Assembly: GCF_001194135.2 (NCBI RefSeq)
Contig: NC_068982.1
Coordinates: forward strand, 64,745,377-64,809,376
Origin: Octopus bimaculoides
Lineage: Eukaryota
DNA length: 64,000 nucleotides
Reading direction: 5' to 3'
Shown here: piece by piece, positions 1 through 11,098 of the stretch
Layout: each line of letters starts with the position of its first letter
Numbering within the stretch: position 1 is the stretch's first letter
The notes under the pieces: model-generated
What the model saw: the letters and a program-made list of their open reading frames with translations, nothing else
Told to the model about the DNA's origin: nothing
Database searches by the model: none
Made by a program: the position numbers and the translations under genes

Positions 1-139
1 ATAAGCAGGTCTGGAGTAGAGGGGACATGTCATTGATGAGATCATGAATGACAAAGAAAGGATCTTGACAAACTTAGCTGATTGATTGATTCACCAAACG
101 ATTAATCAAACAATCAATTAATTAATTGGTTAAATAGTT

Positions 140-512
140 GTTGTTGTTGGCACTCCATCGCTTACGACGTCAAGGGTTCCAGTTGATCCAATCAACGGAA
201 CAGCCTGCTCGTGAAATTAACGTGCAAGTGGCTGAGCACTCCACAGACACGTGTACCCTTAACATAGTTCTTGGGGATATTCAGCGTGACACAGTGTGAC
301 AAGGCTGACCCTTTGAATTACAGGCACAACAGAAACAGGAAGAAAGAGTGAGAGAAAGTTGTGGTGAAAGAGTACAGCAGGGTTCACCACTATCCCCTGT
401 CGGAGCTTCGTGGAGCTTTAGGTGTTTTCGCTCAATAAACACTCACAACGCCCAATCTGGGAATTGAAACCACGAGTCCACTGCCCTAAACACTGGGCCA
501 TTGCACCTCCAC
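140..512 (-). mobile_element. tRNA-derived SINE, family A, copy 1
   Basis: tRNA-like head (GTGGAGGTGCAATGGCCCAGTG...), (CAA)n tail, and direct repeat GGTTAAATAGTT at 128-139 and 513-524 (TSD). A second copy is at 21569. Confidence 0.85.
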
Positions 513-589
513 GGTTAAATAGTTAATTAACTGATAAATAAAAATTTATAAAAGTGAAATAGAATTGATGTGTGTGCTTATTGCTGGCA

Positions 590-1005
590 TGAATAACCAT
601 CCCAAACATGTGGAAGAGGTAGACCCAGGAAGACATGGGACAAGGTGGTGAAGCATGATCTTTGGATGCTGAAGTAATGACAAGTGACCAAGACCTTTGG
701 CAATTTGCTGTACATGAGAAGACAGGTCAAGCTAGTGCCAGTGACACACGAAAGGCACTTATGCTGGTGACACATGTGAGGTATCCGTGCTAGGGACACA
801 CTAAAAGGCACCTATGCTGGTGACACATAAAAGGTGCCCATTACACTCTTGGAGTGGTTGGTTGATGTTAGAAAGGTCATCCAGCCATAGAAACCAAACC
901 AAATCAGACTGGAGCCTGGTACAGCTCTCCAGCTTTACAGTCCCAGTCAAACTGTCTAACCCATACCAGCATGGAAATCAGACGTTAAATGATGATGATG
1001 ATGAT
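590..1005 (+). mobile_element. RTE-type LINE 3' fragment with (GAT)n tail
   Basis: Similar to the 3' ends at 7680-8378 and 30900-31443. Confidence 0.75.
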
Positions 1006-1580
1006 TATTATTTTACTCAGTTCTTTATTATCTTCAAAACAAAGTAATATATTTTGATAAAAATATGTTAACAAAAGGGTTAATGAAAGTTCTCAGGTTT
1101 TATTTATTTCTCATGAAATTTTCAGATTTCTCAGTGAATTTCCAGATTATATTTATTCATAGATTCACAAACAACAGCTGATTTCAACAGGTCATCTCTC
1201 ACTGTGAGAGATATAATAAGCCAACAGATCAATGCTGCACTATATTTTTTAAGGAGAAAGTAGTAGGAGATATCTCTAATATTTGAATGCTTGTAACCCA
1301 TCATCTGAGACTCTTCCTTTTACAGCTTCTGGAAGATTGTTCCAGTTGCTGATGAATTAGTGCAGAAAGATGTTCAGTGTGTGAGCATGTATCAGCATTA
1401 GATTTGGAGTAAGCATGTGCAGGCAGAAGGATGCAGATCCTCATAATATTCTTGCAATGGTAGCATAACTGACTTTGTAGTTTAGCCCTCAGGTCATCAC
1501 TGATCCTGTAGACTTATAACCAAAGGTGTTTCACTCATGACAAACCTGTCTTTTTGTATACGCTTTTACTCTTTTACTAG

Positions 1581-1926
1581 TTTCAGTCATTTGACTGTGG
1601 CCATGCTGGAGCACCGCCTTTAGTCGTAAACACACCACCATCGGTTGTCAAGCGATGTTGAGGGGGACAAACACAGACACACAAACATACACACACACAA
1701 CATATATATANNNNNNNNNNNNNNNNNNNNNNNNATATATATATATATATATATACATATATACGACAGGCTTCTTTCAGTTTCCGTCTACCAAATCCAC
1801 TCACAAGGCTTTGGTCAGCCCGAGGCTATAGTAGAAGACACTTGCCCAAGATGCTACGCAGTGGGAATGAACCCGGTACCATGTGGTTGATAAGCAAGCT
1901 ACTTACCACACAGCCACTTCTGCACC
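1581..1926 (-). mobile_element. tRNA-derived SINE, family C, with internal (TA)n/(TG)n tract
   Basis: Head GCAGAAGTGGCTGTGTGGTAAG...GGTTCATTCCCACTGCG; the body matches copies at 16145, 16600, 17420, 40190, 44870 and 63235. The N gap lies in the internal microsatellite. Confidence 0.8.
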
Positions 1927-2285
1927 TATATATCATATATTTACATGGCTTGAGTCAATCTAAGGTAATGGTAGAATATACTTAACCAAGGTGCAACACA
2001 GTGGGATCTAAATCAGAAAATTATGATTGAGATGCAGACTCCTTAATTATGCACCTAATATATATTTATACATATATGTATATAATAATAAATAATTTGG
2101 ACAAATAAGTAGAGGTCAGTTCGTGTGTTTAAATGTTGAGTAGAGCACCTGCACAGTTTAGGTTACCTGTTGTCATCCTCAGTCATGGCACACTTTTGTT
2201 GGATATACTTCAGGAACTCTGCAGTGGCAGTTAGGGTAATAATATTAATCAATAGGAGATGGATTTGGTATTAAATCTTTATTGG

Positions 2286-2330
2286 GTACAACATACATTT
2301 CAACTCATCAGTCTGGGTCTTATCAGGTAC
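2286..2330 (-). ncRNA. Decayed minimal type I hammerhead ribozyme motif (left arm)
   Basis: GTAC-CTGATaA-GACCCA-gactga-TGaGTt-GAAA-TGTATG-TT-GTAC; the CTGATGA core is mutated. Confidence 0.55.
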
Positions 2331-2457
2331 ATTGATACAGATATGCCTCACTAACAGATTTTTAGTGTCAGCTGACTTGTTGTTATATATTCATATGGAC
2401 ATATAACAACAAGTCAACTGACACTAAAAATCTGTAGTGAGGCACATATTTATCGAT

Positions 2458-2502
2458 GTACCTGATGAAACCCAGACTGATGGGTCAAAATGTATGTTGT
2501 AC
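2458..2502 (+). ncRNA. Decayed minimal type I hammerhead ribozyme motif (right arm)
   Basis: GTAC-CTGATGA-aACCCA-gactga-TGGGTC-aAAA-TGTATG-TT-GTAC; the GAAA core is mutated to AAAA. Confidence 0.55.
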
Positions 2503-2989
2503 CCAATAAAGATTTAATACCGAATCCATCTCCTGTTAATTAATATTATATATATATATATTAATGAATGTGCATCGCTTGTTCATTGGTAGGCTGCAAT
2601 TTGATGTGGTGGAGGTGACTCTCTCAAAGTGCCAGGTGTCAAAACACTTAAAAGTCATAGACAGGTGAGATAACACATCCCAAGTGCCATTCAGGAGAGA
2701 TGGACACTGATGTTTTGCAATTTTTGTGGCTTATCAACATCACGAACCTGAACCGAACTGGAGACAAATTGAATAGCCTGCCTACAACTGTATGTAAAAT
2801 GGTGTAAAAGCCATCTGCTAGTATGCCTGGATAATGCATATGAAGTTTTAAAATCCAGCATTTTGAGAGGGTCATTTCCACCATGTTGAATTGCAGCCTG
2901 CCAGCAAACAAGCTGGACTTGTACATTGTATAAGTGTGTTTGATAATCTTTACAACACTAGTGCTGCTTCTAATTCCTATTTGAATATA

Positions 2990-3200
2990 TATATATAGTA
3001 AATCCAAAAAAGAAGAACAACAAACACAAAAAACATGAGGACGTGGTACCTGTAAAGTATTAGCAGACGCTCAGGGAAAGAAAGAAAGTTGGTTTAACGT
3101 TTCGAGCAAACGCACTTCTTTGGAAACAGAGAAAAGTCCAGTAGAAAGGAAGACGGAGGAAGAAAATCACCAACATTTCACATGTGGTTACATTATATAA
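2990..3200 (-). mobile_element. Penelope-like pLTR remnant with an eroded hammerhead motif
   Basis: Minus strand GTTTC-caaAGAA-GtGC-gttt-GCTC-GAAA-CGTT-AAAC (3127-3092). Confidence 0.4.
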
Positions 3201-4799
3201 GATAGTGGTAGAAGCAGTAAGCCTCTCTTATTGAAGAGAAATGTAACTTCATCTTGGCTTCCTCGCTTTGCTTTTAGCCAGGGAGCCAAGATATGACTTT
3301 TTCTGTTGCTGTGTATTTGTCAGAAGATAGGACAAAATTGCTCTGGAATTAATTCTTTGTTTCTATATATGGTTGAAGCTAGCAGATGAGTTATGAGATA
3401 GAGGTAATAGAAGGTTGAGCTAAATTTTAGAATTAAACTTTACTGTTTCCAGCACACATAAAGAGTTGATAACAAAAACAAATAGAAAAATGAGCTGAGA
3501 TCCATGATTCAAAAATGTAGTAGATTAAATGTTGGCAAAGTTTCCCATTACACACCTTTCTTTTACTTGTTTAGATTTTACATAACAAACAGAACAAGCG
3601 CATTTCTTAACATCAGACACTTTTACCATCAGACATGTTGTAATTTAGTAAGCACATACAACAGTTATGTTGTTGCTCAACTTGTTGAAAATATCAACCA
3701 AACCTCTTACAAATGAAACCCCAAAATATGGCTATATTAAGCAATATAGTTACAGATATACAGAGAATAAGATTTTCAGAACTGGAACACTTTTATCATA
3801 GTTTTTATAGCTACAACTGATCTGAAGTTGTGCAAATAACACTAGAAAATGATGGCAGACCTCTATGCTGGAATGTAAACTACTAGATACAGCAGTCAAA
3901 TTTCCCTTAAATCACACCCTGCTGTTTTAAATTAGAAAAGGATACATTAAAATGTAGTCTTAAATTTTAGAGTTTATAAATTAAGTTAGACTATTATATT
4001 TAGTCTTTCAAATAATTTCTAAATGAATAAATTATCAAATTGAGTGTTTTAAGTACCTGCTAGGAAGTGTGTTTGTATCATTGTCTGCAAAATGTATTTC
4101 AGACAATGGGTCAATCTAGTTTCTATCAACAGCACAAAAACAAACAACAATTCTTTGGGCAACACAAATTTTATCACAAGTGTTTTGATGGATGTTCTAT
4201 GCATACTTTTGCATACCAAATTTAAGTGTGGAATCAGATTTTTGCTTTCAGGCTTAGTTTAATCTTAAATCCCTTTAATATTGAACCTAAAGTCCAGCTT
4301 AAATGAATTAAAATCACTAAGTCATTTGAATCTGTTTGTGACAATAAACATGGTTCAGTGTAGGAAGCTTGGAATTTTGGATCAGAAATAAATATGTTCA
4401 AGAAGAATTGGTATAGGAAGTTTTTAATGTTGTGGAGACTTATTGTAGAGGGTAGATTAAGGTATTTATTGAAGCTGTGAGGGAGGAACAGTTCTTGTTC
4501 AGTTCAGTCACTTTACATCTGAAATAAAATACATTACATTTATTTTTGTGCAAATTACATAAAGTTACATTTCTGGAATTTTAAAATTAGATCACCACAA
4601 ACATAGCTGAAGGAATAAGGATGTTTCAAATATTCCATGGCATTTCACAAGAGAGAAAAATTTTCATCTGTATCTATTGCACATGCTACATACAGGAAAG
4701 GCTAATACAACATTAAGTTGCTTTTAGAAAAGTTTCAGTATCAGAAATATAAGTGGAAGATTATTGCATTTTTGCTAGGGTTGTAGCTAAGTTACACTG

Positions 4800-5140
4800 T
4801 TGTGATCGTTGGGTTTTTTTAATGAGAAGGGAACAATAGGACAAAAATGTCCCTTACCTCTTCCAGACAAGAAAAATGCTATGAATGGGTTCAAAACCTT
4901 CAAAAAAACCCTCCTTCTTTGTACATCAAACTTGGACTTAATGACAAACTTAGTTAAAGCAATGAAAAAAGCACAAACTGGATTCAAGTACTTGAAAAAT
5001 GAATTACCCTGTATCAGGGATGCCAAGATTTTAGAAAGCACATAGGCCCTCAAATCAGTATTGCGATGAGATATTAGGAGAGATAAATGAAGTTGAGAAT
5101 GCCATGTGGTAAAATTTCAAAAGTCTCTGAGCAAAGTTTT
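4800..5140 (+). mobile_element. Degenerate DNA transposase fragment (CMC/Chapaev-like)
   Basis: Frameshifted PPSLYIKLGL-MTNLVKAM...GFKYLKNELPCIRDAKI...IGPQI resembles the PLHIKLGLMK...GPQIR transposase motif. The family assignment is from memory. Confidence 0.45.
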
Positions 5141-5179
5141 TGGAAAATCACAAGGCTAAAAGCTATTTTGAAATATTAG

Positions 5180-5370
5180 TTGATACCAACCCACTTGAGA
5201 CCACTCTTGGTTCTATGATGTAAACTTCCTGTTTTAAAGTGATCCAAATTAAAAGTTTTATGTTTCAAACTCCAGCTTAATAATGACAAAGTTAATTTAC
5301 TAAATACTTCATTATTTTCACAATTAATTGAAAGGAAGGTAGTGTAGTTTAAGAAAAAATTGGTAACAAG
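5180..5370 (+). mobile_element. Fragment of a non-autonomous DNA element (family E, piggyBac-like ends)
   Basis: Similar to 20930-21130 and 52560-52765. Confidence 0.5.
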
Positions 5371-5989
5371 TCTTACTAAGAAGTGTTATATGTCATTAAC
5401 GATTAATTTCTTGAACATTTACTTCAACATTTTCCTAGAAAAATTGAGTATAGTGAACAAGTAACATAATAAGAGGCATAAGAAGGAAAAGCATTACTGA
5501 GGCACAAGGAACTCTAATGTGCTTACTGAGTTTTGTTGGATCCCTAAAATAGACATGCTTGAGGCAAAGTATAGCAAAAATCAAACCTAGCCACTTTCTA
5601 AACTGCAGGGTCTTTAAAAATTAAATCACATGTCACACAAAAACCTGACCTAAAAGAAAACTGTTACTGCTTATTTGGATTCAGTACAAAAAATATTATA
5701 AGAATCAGGTAACATATAAGAATCATTCTTGGAACATGAATAATTTCTTTTTTCTTTCTTAGTATTATTGCTCATTGAAAAAGGCACTATCCTCTGTCGT
5801 CTGGTAGTCTTTAAGAAAATTACATGTAGATGACTAATTTGTGAGAGCTATGAAAACCATAAATAGTGATGCCAATTGACGAGGCAAGAGATAACAATGG
5901 CTACAGTGAAGCATTTGGTGTGCAGGTAGGTGTCCATTAGGTTTCAGTTCTCAGCACCCTATTATTTATAATAATTCTCCAGGAAATAA

Positions 5990-6790
5990 CAGAGGAATTT
6001 AATATGGTCTGAACAGGGGAAGAGGTGAATCTGTTATTAGAGATTTAGAGAATAAATTCCAAACACAGAAGCAAAATATAAAATAGAGGGGCCTCAAAGT
6101 AAATCTAGTAAAAGATAAGTTTTAGCTAACAAGACAGAAGATAGTACTTTACTGCCATCTGGGAAATGGCTATAGCTGATTTGTATAGAATTATGGTGTA
6201 TCCGAAGTAAACTGTGTGTATAAACAAGAAATGTAGTGGAACCTCAAGCAGACTGATAGAGAAGGAAAACTTCGTATGTAGCAGATGCATACAATGTGTT
6301 AGGACTAAGTGCAGCCGTGGAATAAATAGCTGCAAATGTCCAGAATATTTCCCAAGAAAATTTATGCTTTTTGTTATCTGGGTGACCTCATTAGTAATGG
6401 AGGTGGTTGTTCCAAAATCATAGTTGCCAAAATAAGAATAGAGGTGATAAAAGTTCAGAAAGTTGTTGCTTCTGCTGATAACAAGGACATGTGTATAGGA
6501 TGATGTTTGGAAACATGGGTACTGAATTTGGAGGATAAGCAAAAACTGTAAAGAAATGAGCCAAGAATGCTCTATTGGATGGGTGATGCAAGAGTGTATG
6601 AACAATGGAGCACAAATGACTTGAGAGAAAAACTAAGCATAAGAGGAATCAGATATAGTGTGCATGAATGAAGGCAGTGCTGATATGGGCATGTGATGCA
6701 GTGGGAGGCTGACAGATGATAAGGCCAAGAAGTGTTGAAAGGTTATTCCAGGATGACATACAGATAATAAAACATGAGATATCACATGGC
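5990..6790 (+). mobile_element. Old RTE LINE fragment (PHD-like finger and C-terminus)
   Basis: KKCSGTSSRL...FVCSRC followed by decayed similarity to 30400-30960. Confidence 0.6.
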
Positions 6791-7067
6791 TCTCCCAGCG
6801 CATGCAGGCATGGTAAAACATAAAATCACACACACACACACACATTTTACTTGTTTTAGTCATTAGATTGAGGTCATACTGGGGCATCATCTTGAGTTTT
6901 TAGTCAAATGAATCCACCCCAGCACATTTTTATTAAACCTGATACTTATTGTATCAGACTCTTTTGCTGAATCACTAGGTTGTGGGGATATAAACAAGCC
7001 AACCTCAGTTGTCAATTGACGGTGGGGAGACAAATACACACTCACACACACACATATATAAAAGCAC

Positions 7068-7275
7068 TACTTACCTCACCTGTTCTTGCACCACGTAAAA
7101 AAGCACTAAGACCACTCTGCTGAGTGGTTGGTGTTAGGAAGGGCATCCAGCTGTAAAAATCCTGACAAAACAGTCACAGAAGTCTGGTGCAAGCTTCAGC
7201 CTGGCCAGCTCTTGTGGTACCATCTCACCCATGCTAGCATGGAAGACAGACGTTAAACGATGATGATGATGATGA
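7068..7275 (+). mobile_element. 5'-truncated RTE tail copy
   Basis: GGTTGGTGTTAGGAAGGGCATCCAGCTGTA...GTTAAACGATGATG. Confidence 0.75.
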
Positions 7276-7299
7276 TATATATATAATATATATGTAGCT

Positions 7300-8378
7300 G
7301 CTAGAATAAGAATAGCCTGGGAAAAGTTCAGAGAGCTCCTACCTCTGCTGGTGACAAAGGGCCCCTCACTCAGAATAAAAGGTAGATTGTGTGACACGTG
7401 TACTAACAGCCATGCTACATGGCAGTGAAACATGGGCCGTGACTACTGAGGACATGCGTAAGTTTGCAAAGAATGATGCCAGTATGCTCTGATGAATGTG
7501 TAATGTCAGTGTGCATACTTGACAGAGTGTAAGTACCTTGAGAGAAAAGTTGAACCTAAGAAGCATCAGTTGTGGTGTGCAAGAGAGACAACTGCGTTGG
7601 TATGGTCATGTGGTGAGAATGGATGAGGATAGCTGTATGAAAAAGTGCCACACCCTAGCAGTTGAGGGAACCTGTGGAAGAGGCAGACCCAGGAAGACCT
7701 GGGATGAGGTGATGAAGCATGATCTTCGAACATTAGGCCTCGTCGAGGCAATGACTAGTGACCAAGACCTTTGGAAATATGCTGTGTTTGAGAAGATCCA
7801 GCAAGACAAGTGAGACCATAACCTGTGGCCTATACCAGTGGTGTAAGCAGCCCACTTATGCGTACCTTTCTTTCACTAAATTCTGCAAGTGAAATCGAAA
7901 TCAAATTCACTGATGTGGCTGATGACAGCACCGCATGACTGGCATCCATGCTAGTGGAACGCTAAGAGCATCATCTGAGCGTGATCATTGCCAGGGCATG
8001 GAAAAATCACCATTTGAGCATGATCGTTACCAGTGTCACCTTACTGGCACTTGTGCCAATGGCACATGAAAAACAACATTCGAGTGAGGTTGTTGCCAGT
8101 GCCGCTGGACTGGCTCTTGTGTAGGTGGCACGTAAGAAACACCATTTGAGCATGACCGTTGCCAGTACTACCTGACTGGCCCTCGTGCCGGTGGCACGTA
8201 AAAGCACCCACTACACTCTCAGAGTGGTTGGCGTTAGGAAGGGCATCCAGCTGTAGAAACTCTGCCAGATCAGATTGGAGCCTGGTGCAGCCATCTGGTT
8301 CACCAGTCCTCAGTCAAACCGTCCAACTCATGCCAGCATGGAAAGCAGACATTAAACGATGATGATGATGATGATGAT
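7300..8378 (+). mobile_element. RTE LINE 3' end: ORF C-terminus, 3' UTR stem-loop array and (GAT)n tail
   Basis: ORF 7538-7813 LRWYGHVVRM...RGRPRKTW is a typical RTE-clade C-terminus. Confidence 0.85.
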
Positions 8379-8433
8379 ATATAAAATCCGAATTTTATAG
8401 TACTAAGTATTCATCATGGCAAGTCTTACCCAT

Positions 8434-9113
8434 CAGTGGAGGTTTGTAGAAAAAATTAATGTTGGGGTGATGCTTCAGAAAATTTTTAGCCATTGTTTTA
8501 ATATTGTGTAGAAGGAAACAAACATACAAAAAGAAAATTTATACATAAACTTGATCGGTTTGCGTTTTAGCCACTGCTGGTAGTGTATTTAATTTGTTCA
8601 CTGAACACCGACGCGAATTTCCCCTTGTTTTTCAAAAATCCCCCTAAATCAAAAAATAAGGAGGGGGGGGGAATCTGCCTTATTTTTCAAATCCTGGCAG
8701 CAGCACTGTAGCTGGAAGCAGGATAATTATCTAATTCTACACGTTATCCCATTCAAAAATACAAACACGTTTTTAAGCACAACACACACGGAGTCAAAAA
8801 GAAACACTACCTTTCTCAGCACACCAGGATCAGCACTGTAGTTCACACAGTTTTCTCTCTCCCTAGCGTGAAGCTTCCTATCTCGGACATGTGAGCATGC
8901 GAACAACAGCCAAACACCACGTCGCTGAAACTGTGAAGCGCACAGTTCTATACAAGGATTTTTGTATTTTTTTTCCATAATCTAGGGAATGGCTACTGAC
9001 ATTAACCTTAAGGATTATATAATGAAAAAAGACTTATATTGAATGTTATCGATAATATCGAATGGAAATAGGGGTGCTGCAGTTCTGCAGTGCTTATACA
9101 CAAGCTGCCACTG
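8434..9113. mobile_element. Non-autonomous hAT-like DNA transposon
   Basis: Imperfect TIRs CAGTGGAGGTTTGT / CAGTGGCAGCTTGT; 8-bp flanks TTACCCAT and TTACAAAT (6/8 match). Confidence 0.55.
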
Positions 9114-9764
9114 TTACAAATATACATACATACATATATTATAGATAGATATAATTAGAGAGAAAGAGAGAGAGAAATGGAGAATGTGATACACACACAT
9201 ATATATTATTTATAATATATGTGTCTATACCTACACATATGGGTGGTGCGTAGATTCGGAATGATATTCGACTTCTAACCTCGAGATTTATAAAAGCAGA
9301 ACGGCACACTTTGTAAGCAGAGATCCACCAAGCTTATGAATAATTTAACCTTCATTTAAAAATTTTAAATAGAATGGTTTTCTTGTCTTTTTTTTCTATC
9401 ATTATTATCCATATATTTTTCAAATATCCTAACCGTCAAGTATGTAAAAAACAAAACAAAAAAATAAAACTAACTAAAATGAGTGCTTAAGAAATAAGCG
9501 ATTTTATTCACACAATAAAGCCGAGTCGAAAACTCAGCTGGCCATTAATTTACAAAGAAAACAAAGTGGTTAGAGCTTTAAGAAAAAAACCGAGGTGTTT
9601 CCTTTATATTAAAGGAATTGTTCCTCGAATTCAAGATACTTCTTTTATTTTCGTTCTATTATGGAAAAGCTATGATAATTTTTTTTATAAAGATAAAGTC
9701 GAAATTGAAAGGCATTCGTAAGAAAAACAGTAAAAAAACTCAAACACATATACATACTCCACTT

Positions 9765-9960
<196 letters not shown>

Positions 9961-10079
9961 GCGCATATACATTTACATCGATATTTGTATGCAAAAACTG
10001 GAAAATTTTTAGATTTTAAATGTAAACAAACGACAATGGTTGAATAGAATGAACCACCAAGAATTAGTTGTTTTGTTAA

Positions 10080-10917
10080 AATAAAGCGATAGTAACTATT
10101 GCGAAATGATTACATGGAGTCGAAAAAAGACCACAAAGTTTTCAATAAATAAGGCCACGTCTTGTAAGCATGTAAAATAAATTATGTCTGATGATAATTC
10201 GGTTAGTAACCACCGATCCGACAGACCCTTATCTTGTCTTATTTCAAACACAAAGAGATTTTATTTATTTATTTTTCTGGAATATAAAGCAATTTTTGTT
10301 TCTTTGAAATTCTTTTAAAAATTATTGCAATGAGTTCATAGTAGTTTTTCTTAGACTTGAAAACTTTATTCAATTTAGGAAAATTAGAAAATATATATAT
10401 ATAAAATAATGACAATAAATGATGATATGCGTGTAAATAAGTAAGCAAATATCGAGATTTCGCCCCATGCCTAGAATTGTCGTTTACAGAACGCGGATTA
10501 AATAACAACAATCGTAGTTTCGTATGACACTCATTTCACGGGCTTTTAAACACTGGTTTGTAATTTTACGAGTTAATATTTGAAATTATATAACTGTTTT
10601 GTCAAAGAGAAAATTAATAATTTATAACAGACATAAACAAAATATAAATTTACTTTAATTCTAAACTGGTACATAACTGATAAATCGCTTTCGTACAACC
10701 GCCATTTAAAATAATCGTTGTTTGACTGTTGTGAAATTTCTTTGTTTTATCCAACAGCATCCTATTTTATATGATTGAAGAATCGTGTCATTTTTCTCAG
10801 TTGTGCATGTTATTAGTCTGAATCTTTGTCTTATCGATATTTTTAAGAATATCTAAGAAAGGGATTCACTATTAATAGGTCGCCGAATAAATATCGTTAG
10901 ACTTTTATTTGGGCAAG
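10080..10917 (+). promoter_or_regulatory. Probable akirin promoter / 5' UTR
   Basis: Non-repetitive region visibly richer in CpG than the gene bodies. YY1-like CCGCCATTT at 10699-10707 and AAGATGGC over the start codon. The TSS cannot be determined from sequence. Confidence 0.5.
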
Positions 10918-11098
10918 ATGGCCTGTGGTGCTACTCTAAAAAGGAGTTTAGAATTTGATCCACTTCATAGTCCTGCACAAAGTACTCCAAAACGTCGAAG
11001 ATGTATGCCAATGACACTATCTCCATCAACGCCTCCAACTAGACCTCAACAGACTGAACCATCTCCTTTTGATGATGTTTTACCCAAACTAACACAAG
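10918..11098 (+). CDS. akirin: Akirin coding exon 1 (MACGATLKR...LPKLTQ)
   Basis: ATG in context GCAAGATGG; donor AAG/GTAAGT at 11099. Confidence 0.97.

Larger units (their letters stand above)
2239..2549. mobile_element. Spacer-less fold-back element, probably head-to-head Penelope-like pLTR copies
   Basis: Two inverted arms of about 155 bp meeting at CATATG (2392-2397). Each arm has a hammerhead-like core followed by AATAAA pointing outward. Confidence 0.65.

Noticed and set aside
3254-3291. CTTGGCTTCC...GGAGCCAAG hairpin as a miRNA or terminator
   Set aside because: A 10-bp stem is too short for a pre-miRNA and there is no supporting context.
10832-10839. DRE-like TATCGATA upstream of the akirin ATG
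   Set aside because: An AT-rich 8-mer is expected about this often by chance in 64 kb; no evidence for DREF-type regulation here.
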